A stretch of DNA of 64,000 nucleotides, taken from assembly GCF_009914755.1 (NCBI RefSeq), contig NC_060940.1. One strand, written 5' to 3'. The DNA comes from the human T2T-CHM13v2.0 reference genome, Homo sapiens. Below are positions 1 through 13,415 of this stretch, one piece after another (positions within the stretch are counted from its first letter, which is position 1; every line of letters starts with the position of its first letter). The notes beneath the pieces are model-generated. The model did no database searches. It was not told the origin of the DNA and was given only the letters and a program-made list of their open reading frames with translations. Position numbers and translations under genes: made by a program.

Positions 1-105
1 CTGGAAATCCTGGTCCAGTGAAAGAACAGCAAAGTGAGGCTCAGGAAACCTGGGTCATAGTCCAATCTCTGGAACTTCTTTGGCATGTGACCCGGGGATA
101 GGGTT

Positions 106-463
106 TGATAGGGTTTGACTGTGTCCCCACCCAAATCTCATCTTGAATTCCTATGTGTTGTGGGAGGGGCCTGGTGGGAGGTAATTGGATCACAGGGGTG
201 GGTCTTTCTCGTGCTGTTCTTGCAGTAGTGAAAAAGTCTCATGAGATCTGATGGTTTTAAAAAGAGGAGTTCCTGTGCACAAACTCTCTCTTTTTTTGCC
301 TGCTGCCATCCAAGTAAGATGTGACTTGCCCCTCCTCGCCTTCCAGCATGATGGTGAGGCCTCCCCAGCGGTGTGGAACTATAAGTCCATTAAACTTCTT
401 TCTTTTGTAAATTACCTAGTCTTGGGTATGTGTTTATCAGCAGCATGAAAATGGACTAATACA
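106..463 (+). mobile_element. THE1A-type MaLR solo LTR
   Basis: Starts TGATAGGGTTTGACTGTGTCCCCACCCAAATCTCATCTTGAATTCC and ends ATGGACTAATACA; 5-bp TSD GGGTT at 101-105 and 464-468. Confidence 0.92.
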
Positions 464-616
464 GGGTTACCCGAGACAATACAGAATCTGAATTGCAGGT
501 AAACAAGCATGTACCATGCAACACTGGGGATATATATACTAAGGGATGATTTGTTCATCTGACGTTTGAATTGAATCAGGCATCCTGTACGCTTGTGGCT
601 AAATCTGGCAGTCTTA
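464..616. mobile_element. MER53-like palindromic hAT MITE, interrupted near its left end by the THE1 LTR
   Basis: (TAGGGTT)ACCCGAGACAATACAG...GGCATCCTGTAC...AAATCTGGCAGTCTTA resembles the MER53 termini; diverged. Confidence 0.6.
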
Positions 617-685
617 CCTAGGGCACATAACTCCCTTTCCCTCTCTGCTCCTCAGTTTCCTCATCTGTCAAATGGAGTTGAATAA
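617..685 (+). mobile_element. MIR fragment (left part at about 45-97)
   Basis: Core motif CCTCAGTTTCCTCATCTGTCAAATGG; upstream part GCATGTGACCCGGGGA. Confidence 0.75.
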
Positions 686-688
686 GAT

Positions 689-806
689 CAGTGACTGTCA
701 AAGGGCTTTAGCTACAGAACCTTCCTTCAAAATTAAACTATCAATAGAAGCCAAAGGTATAACACAGATAAAACTGAGGCCACTCTGATGGAAGATGGGG
801 TGAGGC
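689..806. mobile_element. Possible hAT-Charlie (MER117-like) fragment
   Basis: AGAACCTTCCTTCAAAATTAAAC...GAAGCCAAAGGTATAACACAGATAAAACTGAGG resembles MER117; from recall only. Confidence 0.4.
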
Positions 807-904
807 TTACATTAGTCACTGATAACATTCACAGCTGATGTTCTGTGGTATCAGGCATCACACAGTGAGATAGAGCTCACCTTAAGGATAATATTTATAA
901 CAAC

Positions 905-1125
905 TGCATATAGCATTCCCTGGGTGCTTCCCATGGCTGAGTTCTTTACATATATTACCTTATTGAGTACTCACAACAACTGGAGAAGTAAATACCACAA
1001 CTACTCCCTTGTAGCAGATGAGAAAACAAAAGCACGGAGAGATTCAGGAAGAAGCCCAAGCTAGTGGTAGATCCAGGAGTTGGATTCAGAAAGTCTGACT
1101 CCAGAGCCCGCACTTTCAACACCAA
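905..1125 (-). mobile_element. MIR
   Basis: CAGATGAGAAAACAAAAGCACGGAGAG...GTCTGACTCCAGAGCCC. Confidence 0.8.
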
Positions 1126-1879
1126 ACAGTGATCTAGATATACTGGATTAGTCCACCAGTAGGGCATGAACCTATCTGGGGTGAAGGCGGGCAAGCTGAG
1201 GCCAGGTAACTGTATTTAAGTCTTGTGTAGAGTGGTTTATTGATCTATCCTTTGGGCAGGAGTTGGACTTAGCAAAGCTTCAGAGTCCCTTTCTGCTCCA
1301 AGACTGTAAATCTGTGGTTCTCAGGGATTTTACTGATGGACATGAGACCTTGATCTTCATTCTCAAAGATATAAAAATAATAATAAAATCCTTCCCTAAT
1401 GACCAGTCCCATTCATTTCCCATAATAGTTATTTGGTAATTACTGTCAACCCATCAGGAATCTCAATACAGCTTTGTTGTGATTTTGACTTCTCACACTA
1501 AATTATTATTGTGCATATAGGGACCATTACTTGAGGTGACATTGCAACTGTCCTGGCTGGCAGCTGTTGCTATAGCTACTTTCCTCTGACCACTCTCCAT
1601 TTGGAGTTGGACTGGACAGTCTTGAAACTTGCCAGGAGGTGGAAATGGCACTTAGGCTGATCTCAGAGGCAGTTTCCACAGCAAGAGAGTGTGTTCCTGC
1701 CAAAGTCCAAGATGGAGAAAGAGGGACGATGAAGAAATGGCCCAGAAAGATCAAGCATGAAGACCTACAGGAGTGAGGAAGTGGAAGGGCTCCCAAGGTT
1801 AGCTAGCCCAACCTTGCCATCTGATGGAAATGGAATCAAAAAGACCAAGACCCTAATCCCATTTCTGTTGCCTACTGCC

Positions 1880-2080
1880 ATTTGGTGATGCAAGCCCAGA
1901 GTTCCCAGACTTTGTCATTTTTTTTTCAAGAGAATCTAGAAATAGGAGTTGTTTTTTGAAGATGGAATTTCCTGATCCTTCAAAATTGGCAGCTTATCTT
2001 TAATTTTTAAACATTCTTTGGGACACATGAGACATGCCTATAAGCTCAGTTTCACTAGTGGACCCTCCCTTAGGACTCTC
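1880..2080. mobile_element. MER102-like hAT-Charlie fragment
   Basis: CCCAGAGTTCCCAGAC...TTTTCAAGAGAATCTAGAAAT...AAAATTGGCAGC resembles MER102. Confidence 0.5.
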
Positions 2081-2415
2081 ACTGGTCTATATAATTAAAA
2101 GAGCCTGTGAAGTGCTCCTTCTTGAAAAGACACAATAGCTGTAATGTAAAAGCCCTGGTGGCATGTGGAAATGTTGACCCAGGGCTAAATTACACCAGCC
2201 TCCCTTTACTGCTTACCAAGAGCATGGAGCAGATCTGGCCCTGAGCCTCAGACCCAGCACAGCCACCATCAAAAAGAAAAATACAAAGAGTCAAAGTCTT
2301 GTAAAGTGTACATAACACCACCACCTCTGCCTTAACTCCGGCCTTGCCACAAGTCCACAACCTAGAGGTCAGAGCCCATCTGAACACCATGGTCTTCTGC
2401 ACCCTTCTCATAGAT

Positions 2416-2456
2416 GCACACATGCACACACACACACACACGCACACACACACACC
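2416..2456. repeat. (CA)n microsatellite
   Basis: Seen directly. Confidence 0.95.
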
Positions 2457-2554
2457 CCTTGCCTAGAGAGCCCAGGAAAGGTGTGGGCAGGATGGAGAAG
2501 TCACTATCCTGGGTTCCCACTGAAATGAAATCATTGGCTTTGGAGAGGGGTACC

Positions 2555-2985
2555 TGTATCTTTCATCCATAAGCAACAGTCATTCAACCCAAACAGGCTT
2601 ATGCAGTACAGGGGATAATTTTACTAAAATAGCAATGCCTAGAACAGAAATGGCTGAATCCAGCAATCTTGTCAGGAATCTGTCCCTCCCCATGTCTTTC
2701 TTCTCTGTTGGCTTGATTCTCAGCTAGTGTGGCCACCAGCTCTTTCAAGCTCACATCCTACCAGCTTAGGGCCCCCAGCAGAAAAAGAATACTTCTTTCT
2801 CCCTGGTTCCACAAAAGTCTCCTATCCATAACCCTCAGTGGCCGCACCTGGGCTATGTGCCCACCCTTGAGCTAGGGGCAGAGTCAGCCTCATTCAAACC
2901 TAATGGACAGGAGTGGGAAGGAGTCAGGTCCCTACAAGGAAAACGAAGGAGCCTGGGCAGGCAGAAACAATTGATGCCCCAAGCA
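2555..2985 (-). mobile_element. Old MaLR LTR (MLT1K/L-like)
   Basis: TAAGCAACAG..CAACCCAAACAGGCTTA, GTTGGCTTGATTCTCAG, CTGGGCTATGTGCCCACCCTTGAGC. Confidence 0.6.
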
Positions 2986-3318
2986 GCTCCCCACCCCGGA
3001 AGGGAGCCTTGCCCTGGCCTGACGGGAGGTGAGGAGAAGTGGAGACACCTGTCTCAGCTGGATGGAGCTGTGGCTCCTGTCTGTCTGCTTTGTGTTGTTC
3101 TCTGATAGAATCCTCCTCCCGCTGCCTCCTGGCTCTGGCATTCCTAGGTCATCTCTACTTCAATCCTCCCCTACTAATCTATACCAATTCAGCTGCACAA
3201 TGTCCCCACATAGCACCCCAAAGGGCCCAGTGCAACCCCTCCCCTGCCTATGCTAAGGCCACCATATGCTTGTGATGAAACCTGTGAGCCCTGCAGCCAG
3301 CCAGACCACCCAAGTTCT

Positions 3319-3632
3319 TTTTTCTTTTCTTTTCTTTTTCTTCTTTTTTTGAGACAGAGTCTCACTCTGTCGTCCGGGATGGAATGCAGTGGTGTGATCT
3401 ATCTCAGCTTACTGCAACCTCCACCTCCTGGATTCAAGCAATTCTCATGCCTCAGCTTCCTAAATAGCTAGGACTACAAGCATGCACCAGCACACCCAGA
3501 TAAATTTTGTAATTTTAGTAGAGATAGAGTTTCTCTCTGTTGGCCAGGTCTTGAACTCCTGACCTCAAGTTATCTGCCCGCCTCAGCCTCCCAAAGCGGT
3601 GGGATTACAGGTGTGAGCCACCGTGCCCCGCC
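3319..3632 (-). mobile_element. Alu (AluS/J) inserted in a MIR
   Basis: Poly-T, GAGACAGAGTCTCACTCTGTC...GAGCCACCGTGCCCCGCC; TSD CAGACCACCCAAGTTCT (3302-3318) / CAGACTGCCCAAGTTCT (3633-3649). Confidence 0.95.
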
Positions 3633-3820
3633 CAGACTGCCCAAGTTCTGACACTGGCTTGCAACTGACTAGATGTGTGCCCCTGGACTCTCTTTTCCCA
3701 CTTCTGTAAAATGGGAATAACAACAGTATGTATCTTATAGGCTGTTGTGAAAATGAAATGAGGTGTATGAAGTGCTTAGGATGGTTTCTAGCACATAGTA
3801 AGTACTGAATACTCGTTGCA
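3633..3820 (+). mobile_element. MIR
   Basis: TTCTGTAAAATGGGAATAA...GCACATAGTAAGTACTGAATA. Confidence 0.8.
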
Positions 3821-4749
3821 ATAGTAGTAGTAATAATAATGATGATGATAATGATACTAGAAACATTTATATTCTGATACTTTTCCTCCACCACTGCCTG
3901 GACTTACTGGTGGGTTGAAGCCATATTACAGAAGAGCAGGTAGCAGACATCTCTCCATCACCTACTGCCCAACTCAACTCTTCTTTCATTTCTCATAGCT
4001 GGGAAATGACCAAGCTATTGCAGGGAGACTAAAGGGAGTGCTTTGCCAGCTGGCTCAGCACGCCGATGACAACACCTCTCTTGGCGGTGAGAACCCATGT
4101 TCATGGTGGAGTCTGTGGTGACCACGAAAGCCTTTCTCCCTCTGTCTGAAGGAAGCATTTTCTTTCTAACCCAGCCCGTCAGCTGCAGCTAGAGAGACTC
4201 CAGCTGGCCTTTCACTAACTTCCTAAGGAACATCTAGTACCAGTAGCCTCCCTCGGAGGCTCCTCTCCACTGTGCCAGGCCTTCCCTATCCCCCAGCCCC
4301 TTGCTACACCCCTGCCATGCCACTGACCACCTGCCACTGACTAGTGCCCTAGTTCATGACCACAAGGAGGGCTGCCCTGCATGGACTCAGCACAGCCCTG
4401 GAGAGTAGAAGGGACCAAAGTGAATTTCCAGTGCCCAATGTACATTCACCTGAGTGACCTCCCTGGGCGACTGCAGCAGCACACCGCCAACCCCTGTTCC
4501 CTGCCATCTTTCTACTTCCACTCTTGCCTGCCTACAGTCCATTCTTCTCATAGCTGCAGCCTCTGTCATCTCTTAAAAGCACCAGGTAGAGCTTATATTA
4601 CATCCTTTCATCTCCCATCCAATATCTCCTCCTACATGTGTCCCTCCCTCCTCTTCTCCCACCATCCTCCTCACTCCATGCACTTGGCTCAGTCCCTGCC
4701 TGGAACACTTCAGCATCCCTCCCCAGAGAAGCTTCCTCTGACCACAGAA

Positions 4750-4970
4750 AGCTAGGACTTTGTGGGTTCAAGCCTCAGCCCTACCACTTACTTAGCTGGC
4801 TGGTCTTAGACAAGTTACTTAACCTCTCTGCATCTCAGGCTCATGATATGTAACATGCACATAAAGAGAATAACTACCTCCTTAGGATTTCTACCAGGTG
4901 CACCTGACTTAATATGTATGAAACATTTCAAATAACATCTAGCACATAGTAGGCCCTCAATATATGTTAG
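4750..4970 (+). mobile_element. MIR
   Basis: GGGTTCAAGCCTCAGCCCTACCACTTACTTAGC...CAAGTTACTTAACCTCTCTG...GCACATAGTAGGCCCTCAATA. Confidence 0.85.
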
Positions 4971-5999
4971 CCCTGGGCCTGGCCCTAAGACAGGAGTCAT
5001 ATCAACTGCATGAGAGGGACCTTGAAAAAGGAAACTTTGCAAACACCCTAGAGTTAGTGCGAAGCTAGTGCTGTCCCTGAACAGAATTGAGAAGCAAGAA
5101 ATGTCTAAGGATGGCCCCTCTTGACCCCCCTTTTGGGGTCTGGAACCTCATACTCAAGTCCAGTTTTACTTCTGGCTCAGTCTGTCTCTCAGACAAATAT
5201 TGTAATCCCATTGCAGGGAATCTCTCTTCCAGATGCTATAAAATGGGCCACATCCCAAGAATTGCAGAGGCTCACACTCCCATCCCTGCTGGTTGACATC
5301 CTTCATACACACTGCCCAGCTTAGACCACCTGGTCCGAGAAGGCTCCCCTGACTCTCACCCATTGCCCGCTAAAATTAATCTCTCCTCAATTTCCCCTCC
5401 CTGTGAAGCTCTCACTCCATCCTGCCTGTGCACTGGTTAGTGACTGCGCTCCTGGAGGGAGTCAGTGGTCAGGAAGTGTATGATCCTGCTGGGGACATCC
5501 TGTCATCCCCATCATCAGGTCGGGCCTCCAGGAGCTGCCCCATTTCCAGCCTTCTCTGCAATGTCCTCACTTTTTAACTCCCCCTCCAGGGAACCCAAGC
5601 CTCACACTTGTCAGTCTGCCCCCACCTCTTTGACTATCTCTCTGCTGGCAAGGTTCTGCCCCAAATGCCTACTCCTCCTTCAGGATGCAGCTCTCTATCA
5701 ACCCTCCTACCACCTGCCCACCTGAAGGCCAGGCTAGCTGACCTCCTGTCCCTGCACCCCCTCTTCCCCATGTTCCCCAAGACAGTGGCATGATCCAACC
5801 CTAAGCTCATCTTCCCTATCAGACTGTGAGGTCCCCTAGTATGGATGCTGTGCCCTGGGGCCTTCGCCCCTGCTGTTCCTGTTCTCTGGTTCCCCTTTTT
5901 CCACTCTTTGTTTAGCCAACTCCTACTCATCCTGCAACGTCCCATTCATAGCTTACTATCCCAAGCCTCCCATTAAGGTGCAGTTCCTGAGTTACACTC

Positions 6000-6394
6000 T
6001 GTTATTGACTGAATCATGTCCCTACAAAATTCCTCTGTTGAAGCCCTAACCCTCAGTACTTCAGAATATGGCTGTATTTGGAGATAGGGCCTTTAAAGTG
6101 GTGAAGGAGTTAAAATGGGGTCATTAGAGTAGGCCCTAATTCAGTGTCACTGGTGTCCTTATAAAATGAGGAAATTTAAACATACAGAGAGACCCCAGGG
6201 ATGCGCTTGCACATGTGAGGACCCAGCAAAAGGGCAGCCATGTACAAGCATAAGACAGAGGCCTCAGAAGAAACCAAAGCTGCTGCCACCTGGACCTTGG
6301 ACTTCCAGCCTCTGGAACTGCAAGAAAATACATTTCTGTTGTCTAAGCCACCCAATCTGTGGCATTTTGTTATGGCAACTCAAACACCAAGGCA
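6000..6394 (+). mobile_element. MLT1B-like MaLR solo LTR inside an L2
   Basis: TGTTATTGACTGAATCATGTCCC...TGTATTTGGAGATAGGGCC...TAAGCCACCCAATCTGTGG; TSD CACTC at 5995-5999 and 6395-6399. Confidence 0.88.
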
Positions 6395-6444
6395 CACTCT
6401 GTCACAGAATTCTGTTCTTTTCCTTTATACACTTATCCTCATTG

Positions 6445-6875
6445 TAAATACACATCCACAGTGGACACTACTGCTGCTGACCAAGATTTCTAGTCCTCCT
6501 TCCTCTGAGGACATGGGAGGATTGGACTTCCCAGCCCCTAGAGGCTAGGAGAGTCTATATGACTGGCTTTTGCAAACAAACGTGAGTGGACGTGAGATGT
6601 GTCACTTCCAGGTGACAGCATCTAAGAGGCACACCCAGTTCTCTGTGCTCTCTCCACCACAGTGACAATTATGGAGCACATGTCAGCACAGAGGTGCTAC
6701 AAAGACAGAGCAACCCAGAAGGCTGAGCCACCACATGGAGAACAGCTGCTCTGGAGAGCCACCTGGACCTGCAGTCGAACCTGAGTGGGCAAGAAATAAA
6801 CTTCTGTTGTGAAAAGTCACAACACAATGTTTGGTTTGTATTTGGAACATAACCTAGCCTGTCTGTCCTGCTGTG
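6445..6875 (+). mobile_element. MLT1I/J-like MaLR LTR
   Basis: GGACTTCCCAGCCCC...GTGAGATGTGTCACTTCCAGG...AAGAAATAAACTTCTGTTGTG. Confidence 0.7.
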
Positions 6876-6879
6876 ATAT

Positions 6880-7035
6880 ATATTTGTACCTCTTTACTGA
6901 TTGTTTGTCTTTATCAATAGAATATAAGTCCCTTAATGGGAGGGACTTGGCTCTTTTGTCCATCTCTGCATCACCAGTGCCTAAGACACTAACTGGCACA
7001 TCATAGGGCACTTGGGAGAGTTTTGCAGAATGAAT
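6880..7035 (+). mobile_element. L2 3' end (upstream part at about 5780-5999)
   Basis: CCAGTGCCTAAGACACTAACTGGCACAT...GAATGAATG. Confidence 0.75.
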
Positions 7036-7967
7036 GGGTCTGGGTTCCCTCCATGCCCAGGACAAAGGTTGGCACAGTGCATGCTCAGTGTTTCCTGAGC
7101 CCAACAGAATAGAATGAGGTTGGGCCTCCTCCCCCATGAACACTCATTCCTCCCTGCCCCACTGCCAGACCCCAACTGTCCCTCCTCCCCAGAGGAGGCA
7201 AGTTGTCACCCTGCCTCAAACCATCACTATGGTGTGTCACGTGCTCTTGGGTTTTGCACCTCTCCATTTGTTGTCTCAAGATTAAGTCTGGCAGGTTTTG
7301 CTGAAGCTTCGCTTACACTGTGCTGAGTTAGGACGATGTCCCAGCAAACAAGATAGACAAGCCCCTTCCCTGGGAGGGGATCACACTCAGCAGAGGCATT
7401 TTTGAACTCCTGCTGAGTGGTGAAGTAAGATGAAAGCCAGAAGCCTGGCAAGTGTGTCTGCATCCCTGCTGCCTCTCCAAGAAGCCCCTGTCCTGAACTG
7501 AATACAGTCTCTTAGACATAGCTTCCACATGAGCAAGAGGGGGCAAAGTAGGGTGGACACCATCCTGGACATTTTGGCAAGATCAAAAATGTGCTTACAT
7601 CCTTGGCCTAGCAATAGGTCAGGGGTGGTCAAAATGCTTCATGTTGCATGTCAACTCCATGAAGTTGAGTTGACCCAGTTTTAAAAAGTTCTGGCATCAA
7701 TGTGTGACGTCTGCCTTGGCTATGGGGTAGTGATGGAGACAGGGGGAAGGCATGCACGCCTCATTTCTATCATTCCCATTGTAAATACCCAATAAATGTT
7801 GACAGAAATCCATAAAACACCAACATTGGATTTTCCCCCAAAAAAATCAAAGATTAAAAAGTCCCCAATTGGTCAATAAGTATAGATTGAGTATCAACTC
7901 TGTGCCCAGCTCTCTGCAAGGACAGACAAGGGGCCTTTGACCTTGAGAAGCTTGTATCTTTCTCAGG

Positions 7968-7984
7968 ACACACACACACACATA

Positions 7985-8016
<32 letters not shown>
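7968..8016. repeat. (CA)n microsatellite
   Basis: Seen directly. Confidence 0.95.
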
Positions 8017-8018
<2 letters not shown>

Positions 8019-8231
8019 CAATGACAGCCAAGGTAGATGGGAGCTCATTGTTCCTTTTCAGTTATGAGAATAAAAGTCACTGGAGGCGTGTTGTTTGGGG
8101 TGAGGATGAACAGGGAGGAGTAGCAGCCAGACAGGAGGTGCGGAGGTGCTTACCAATATGCAGCTGAGCCCTGGCTCCCCCACTCTGCGGAAGGCACTGC
8201 CTGGTCACAGGAGAGATGGTGTGAAGAGGGG

Positions 8232-8512
8232 CAGTATCCAAAAGCCTGGGCCATTGACAAGCCACAATTTTTGCCATAGTGCTCTACCACCCTTATTATC
8301 ATGTACTTAAATCGCTTTTGCAAATCAACTAACTTTGGACCCTAAATAAATTTATCTTTAAAAATAAACTTTATAACATTCCTATGCATAAAAAGCAGTA
8401 TAATTTGCCACCAATAGAAGATTACTGTCAAACAATTACATAATTATTAAAACAGGAATATCTATACCTGTATCTCCTGAAATCATTTGTATGACATTTG
8501 GGGAATGCAGGT
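8232..8512. mobile_element. Probable hAT-Charlie non-autonomous element
   Basis: CAGTATCCAAAAG...TTTGGGGAATGCAG termini with AT-rich body; resembles the element at about 54930-55770. Confidence 0.35.
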
Positions 8513-8599
8513 CCAATGGAAAAGCACTAGATTAACAACCAGGGCAGTGGGAACCAGTCCTAGTGCTGCTTTAACACTTAAGGTCATTTTTTTTTTTTT

Positions 8600-8760
8600 T
8601 TGAGTGCTGACTGTGTGTCAGGCACTGTGCAGATTTATTCTCCAGTCCTTATAACACCCATGTCAGGCAGGTAGTAGAATCTCTATTGCTCAGATGAGAA
8701 AACTGAGTGTTAAGAAGCTAAGTAATTTGCCTGAAGTCACACAGTTAGAAAGCATCCAAA
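8600..8760 (-). mobile_element. MIR
   Basis: CAGATGAGAAAACTGAG...TTGCCTGAAGTCACACAG. Confidence 0.85.
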
Positions 8761-9110
<350 letters not shown>

Positions 9111-9499
9111 TCAGGTGCTGGGTCTCTCTTACAATACTAGTCCAACCTCTTCAAACTGCTGGCCTCTCTGGGCTTCCACGTGGTCATTGTAAGATGGGGA
9201 TACCAGACCAGGCATCCTCTCAGAGCTTTGGTCTCCAGTGGCTGAAGACAGGACCACAAACCCAGAAGCATTCCCACTTCAGGCTCCACCGAGTCTGGGC
9301 CAAATGATGCACTCATTTGAAGAGACCCAAGCAGGCTGGGGCAGCTGAGGAGATTACTGGAATATTCTGATTCATGAAGGGTGCTGATATAATTGACTAT
9401 ATGCCTAGAAGAAAACAGAGTAAGACCTCTGTCTGACACTAGTTACAACAAGAAACTCCAGGTAGATTGACAGCTTAAATGTAAAAAAGACAACAAATT

Positions 9500-10060
9500 A
9501 AAAACTTAGTTAACATCTATACCTATTGTCCACAATGTATTAAGTGGGATAAACGAGCAAGCTACAAAGAAATGTGTATCATAAAATCCCACTGGGGGAA
9601 AAAAACAAAGTAAAAGCCCATAGAAAACATATGTATGTCTGTAATTGTCTATCCAGGCTTGGAGAAGGACCTGGAATCATTGACACCAGGAGGTTAGCAC
9701 TGATTTTCTCTGCATGACAGGGAACAGAGAGTGGGGAAAAGGAGAAAAACAGAGGGGGTGTAAGATAGAAAATTTAAAAGGATTGCTACGAAATGGAAGC
9801 GAAAACAGCATGGTAAGTAAAAATACAAAATATGAAATACTATCTACATTGCTGCTGCAAGTATTTACAAATTAAGTAACCATGTAGACAAGGGTTCTAA
9901 TGGAACAGACTCAAATAAAAAACATTGCTTTGATTAGGTAATAAAATTGTAGGTGATTTTTATCTTAGATTTTCTGCTATTTTAATTTTTGTTTGCAATT
10001 TTGTAACACAAAAATAATGTTTTGCCATGCTTAAAGTCATTAAAAATATATTTTGAATTA
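9500..10060 (+). mobile_element. Ancient L1ME-type 3' fragments
   Basis: GCAAGCTACAAAGAAATGTGTATCATAAAATCCCA; AAAATTGTAGGTGATTTTTATC. Confidence 0.5.
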
Positions 10061-10089
10061 AAAAAAATTTTCTGGATATGCCCAGAAAA

Positions 10090-10700
10090 GAAAAAAGATA
10101 TTTCACTTACACTGCACAGAGGTGTTGCAAAGCTAGCAAGGTGGCTTTTAATGGTGAGGTTAATACCCTCTTTACAGTTATCCTCAGTCTAAATTTCAAA
10201 GGGATTTTCCAAACTAAAAAAAGTACCCCTTATGAACTATGGTTTCTTGTGTAAAACTTTCATTTTAGACATTTAACTTGAATTAAATGAGCGAGAGAAA
10301 GTGATGACAAAAATTCCTGGGTAGCAAAGGTCACATTGGCAAGGTGGGAAACATTGCCATTGATTGACTTTCTGATTTCGACTTCTCCAAGGCACCCCAA
10401 GTTTGTGCTAATCAGATGAAGGCGGTCACAGTCTTCCTTAGTGGAGAGAATGAAGGTTTTCATCTTTTATTAAACACTAGAAATCGCTAAAAGTGCTACC
10501 TCTGAGACTCAAGATTTAAAAAAGCAAACTGATATATTTTGCTAATTAAACCATTAAAAACCTCATTTAGGTGTAAATAAGGAAGGCCCATTAAATCTTA
10601 ATGTACAGCATGGGGTGTGAGCTTGGCTCCAGTACTAAGCGCCCAGGCCCTGACCCCAGGAAAATGATTAAAAATAGAACTCCCACCAAAGCACTTCCTA
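10090..10700. promoter_or_regulatory. Repeat-free, motif-rich island (candidate enhancer)
   Basis: TGATTGAC, CAAAGGTCA, CTAATTAA and TGTAAATAA motifs; no recognisable repeat. Confidence 0.35.
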
Positions 10701-10919
10701 GCCCCTACTGGAATAGGAGATGCTCCTGAAAAAAATGAGGTAGCATTTCTGTACATCACTCCTACACACACTCACAGAACACAGACCACCATGAAAGGGA
10801 GGATAGTCCCTCCACCCCGCTTGGCTACTCACAATTTTAGAGAAGGGAAGCTTTAGGATCCAGCTGGAGCCAGAGAGACCCTGGAGATCTTGAGAAGCCT
10901 GCGAGCCTGAAATGGAGCA

Positions 10920-11125
10920 TGGCTCAGTGTAGAGTCTAAGGCAGCACCTTGCTATCTGTAAGCTTTTAGATGACTCTGTGTCCCTGAGCTTTTGCTCCAC
11001 TGGTTAAATAGGATTGAGAAGAATCAACCCTGTCTACAGAATCTAATGAGGATTAAATGAGATAATGTACATAAAATCAGTTACAGCAGGGCTTGGTCTG
11101 TTCTAGGTGCTCAATAAATATTTTA
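10920..11125 (+). mobile_element. MIR
   Basis: GAGGATTAAATGAGATAATGTACATAAAA...TAGGTGCTCAATAAATA. Confidence 0.8.
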
Positions 11126-11923
11126 GAAACACACTCCAAAAACTAAGAATATAGTAAAAAGTCTTGAAAAATATATACTAAAAATTTTCAGTATTCTCTT
11201 TGTGGTTTTGATGTTCTATTATTATCTATGTTTTCTAATTTTCTACAATAATATTATAAAAAGTTTTTAAATACTGGAGAGACCTTAATTTTCTGCCAGC
11301 TTACCACACTGTTCGTGAGAGGCTAAAGACAGGAGATGTGGATTTACTTCTCACACTGTATGCTTTTGTACCTTTCTTTCAACCATTCACATGCATTAGC
11401 TTTTGCAAAAATGGGTGAAGGAATTAATTAATTTTAAAATGAAAAAAAAGTTTATTTATAAATGGGGGAAACGAGGCTCTGAGAGAAAAAATGATTGTCA
11501 AGGTGGTAAGTGAGGCCTCCCTCATCACAGCCTGTGTTCCCTCAGCATGACTTCTCTTCATATGACCCTCTTGAGAAAAAGGGTATTAGAAAAAGAAGTT
11601 GTTCTTGCTTTTGGAGATATATAGTTCTTAAGAGGCAAGGCACAAATAATAAAGGGGAACAGGGAGCCCCTGTGTCCTGGGGTTTGGCTGCACCTGCAGG
11701 GCAAGTGTGGGAATAGATGGAGTTAGCTGCCCATTTACTCAGAGAACTGTAGAGAAATAACACTGGAGGCAGAGGGTGCAGTGCACCCCTAATGATCGAT
11801 GCATTCATTGGTTCATTCAGCAAATATGTCCTGAGAACTTGTCTTGTGCCAGGCACTGTGCTGAGGACACAGAGGTGAACAGCACAGGCTTTTAGGGAGT
11901 TTAGAGGCTGGTGGGGGCAGCAG

Positions 11924-12468
<545 letters not shown>

Positions 12469-12867
12469 TCAGCCAGCTTATAAGTGGAGGGAAGATCCTT
12501 CTAGAAGGAGGAATTACATATGAGAAGACCCTGAGACAACAGAGAGCTTTCTTTGCTTTCTGGCCAGGGTGGTTGAAGGGTAGTGAACTTGGAGGTGGAA
12601 GGATGGGATCCATCAGGCATAGGGCTGGGTGAGATAGGGCTGTGGAGCTGGATAATATTGAGATTATCGTAAATGCCATAGGAAGCTGTCACAATTTTAA
12701 TCAGGGGAGTGACATTATCTGCCTTCAACGTGTAAAAGACCTCTGTGGCTACTGTGTGAATCTGGTGGCACATGAGTTTCTCTTTCTTGCTTCTCTGTGA
12801 CAGTTCTCATGCCAGCAACCTGGAAGTCAACGAGGACTCTTCTTTTTGTCTTTTGTCTCCTTCAACT

Positions 12868-13174
<307 letters not shown>

Positions 13175-13415
13175 TCCTTCAACTCTTTATCTACTCTAGC
13201 AACAAGCTCTTCCAGTTTTGCCTGCTAAATATATGGTGAATCTGTCCACTTCTCTCCAACCGTATAGCTGTTACTTGGGCCTCAACTTATTGGAGCCCAA
13301 ATTTATTGAAGACAAATAGAAAAAGCCCTGCCCTAGCTGGTTTTACATACATTATCTCATGTATCCCTCATTAGATTCTGTGAAGAGGGTTTGATTTTTC
13401 CCAGTCCTCTATTTC

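Noticed and set aside
7650-7674. 8-bp inverted repeat GTCAACTC...GAGTTGAC
   Set aside because: A single short stem is expected by chance in 64 kb and may belong to a DNA-transposon remnant
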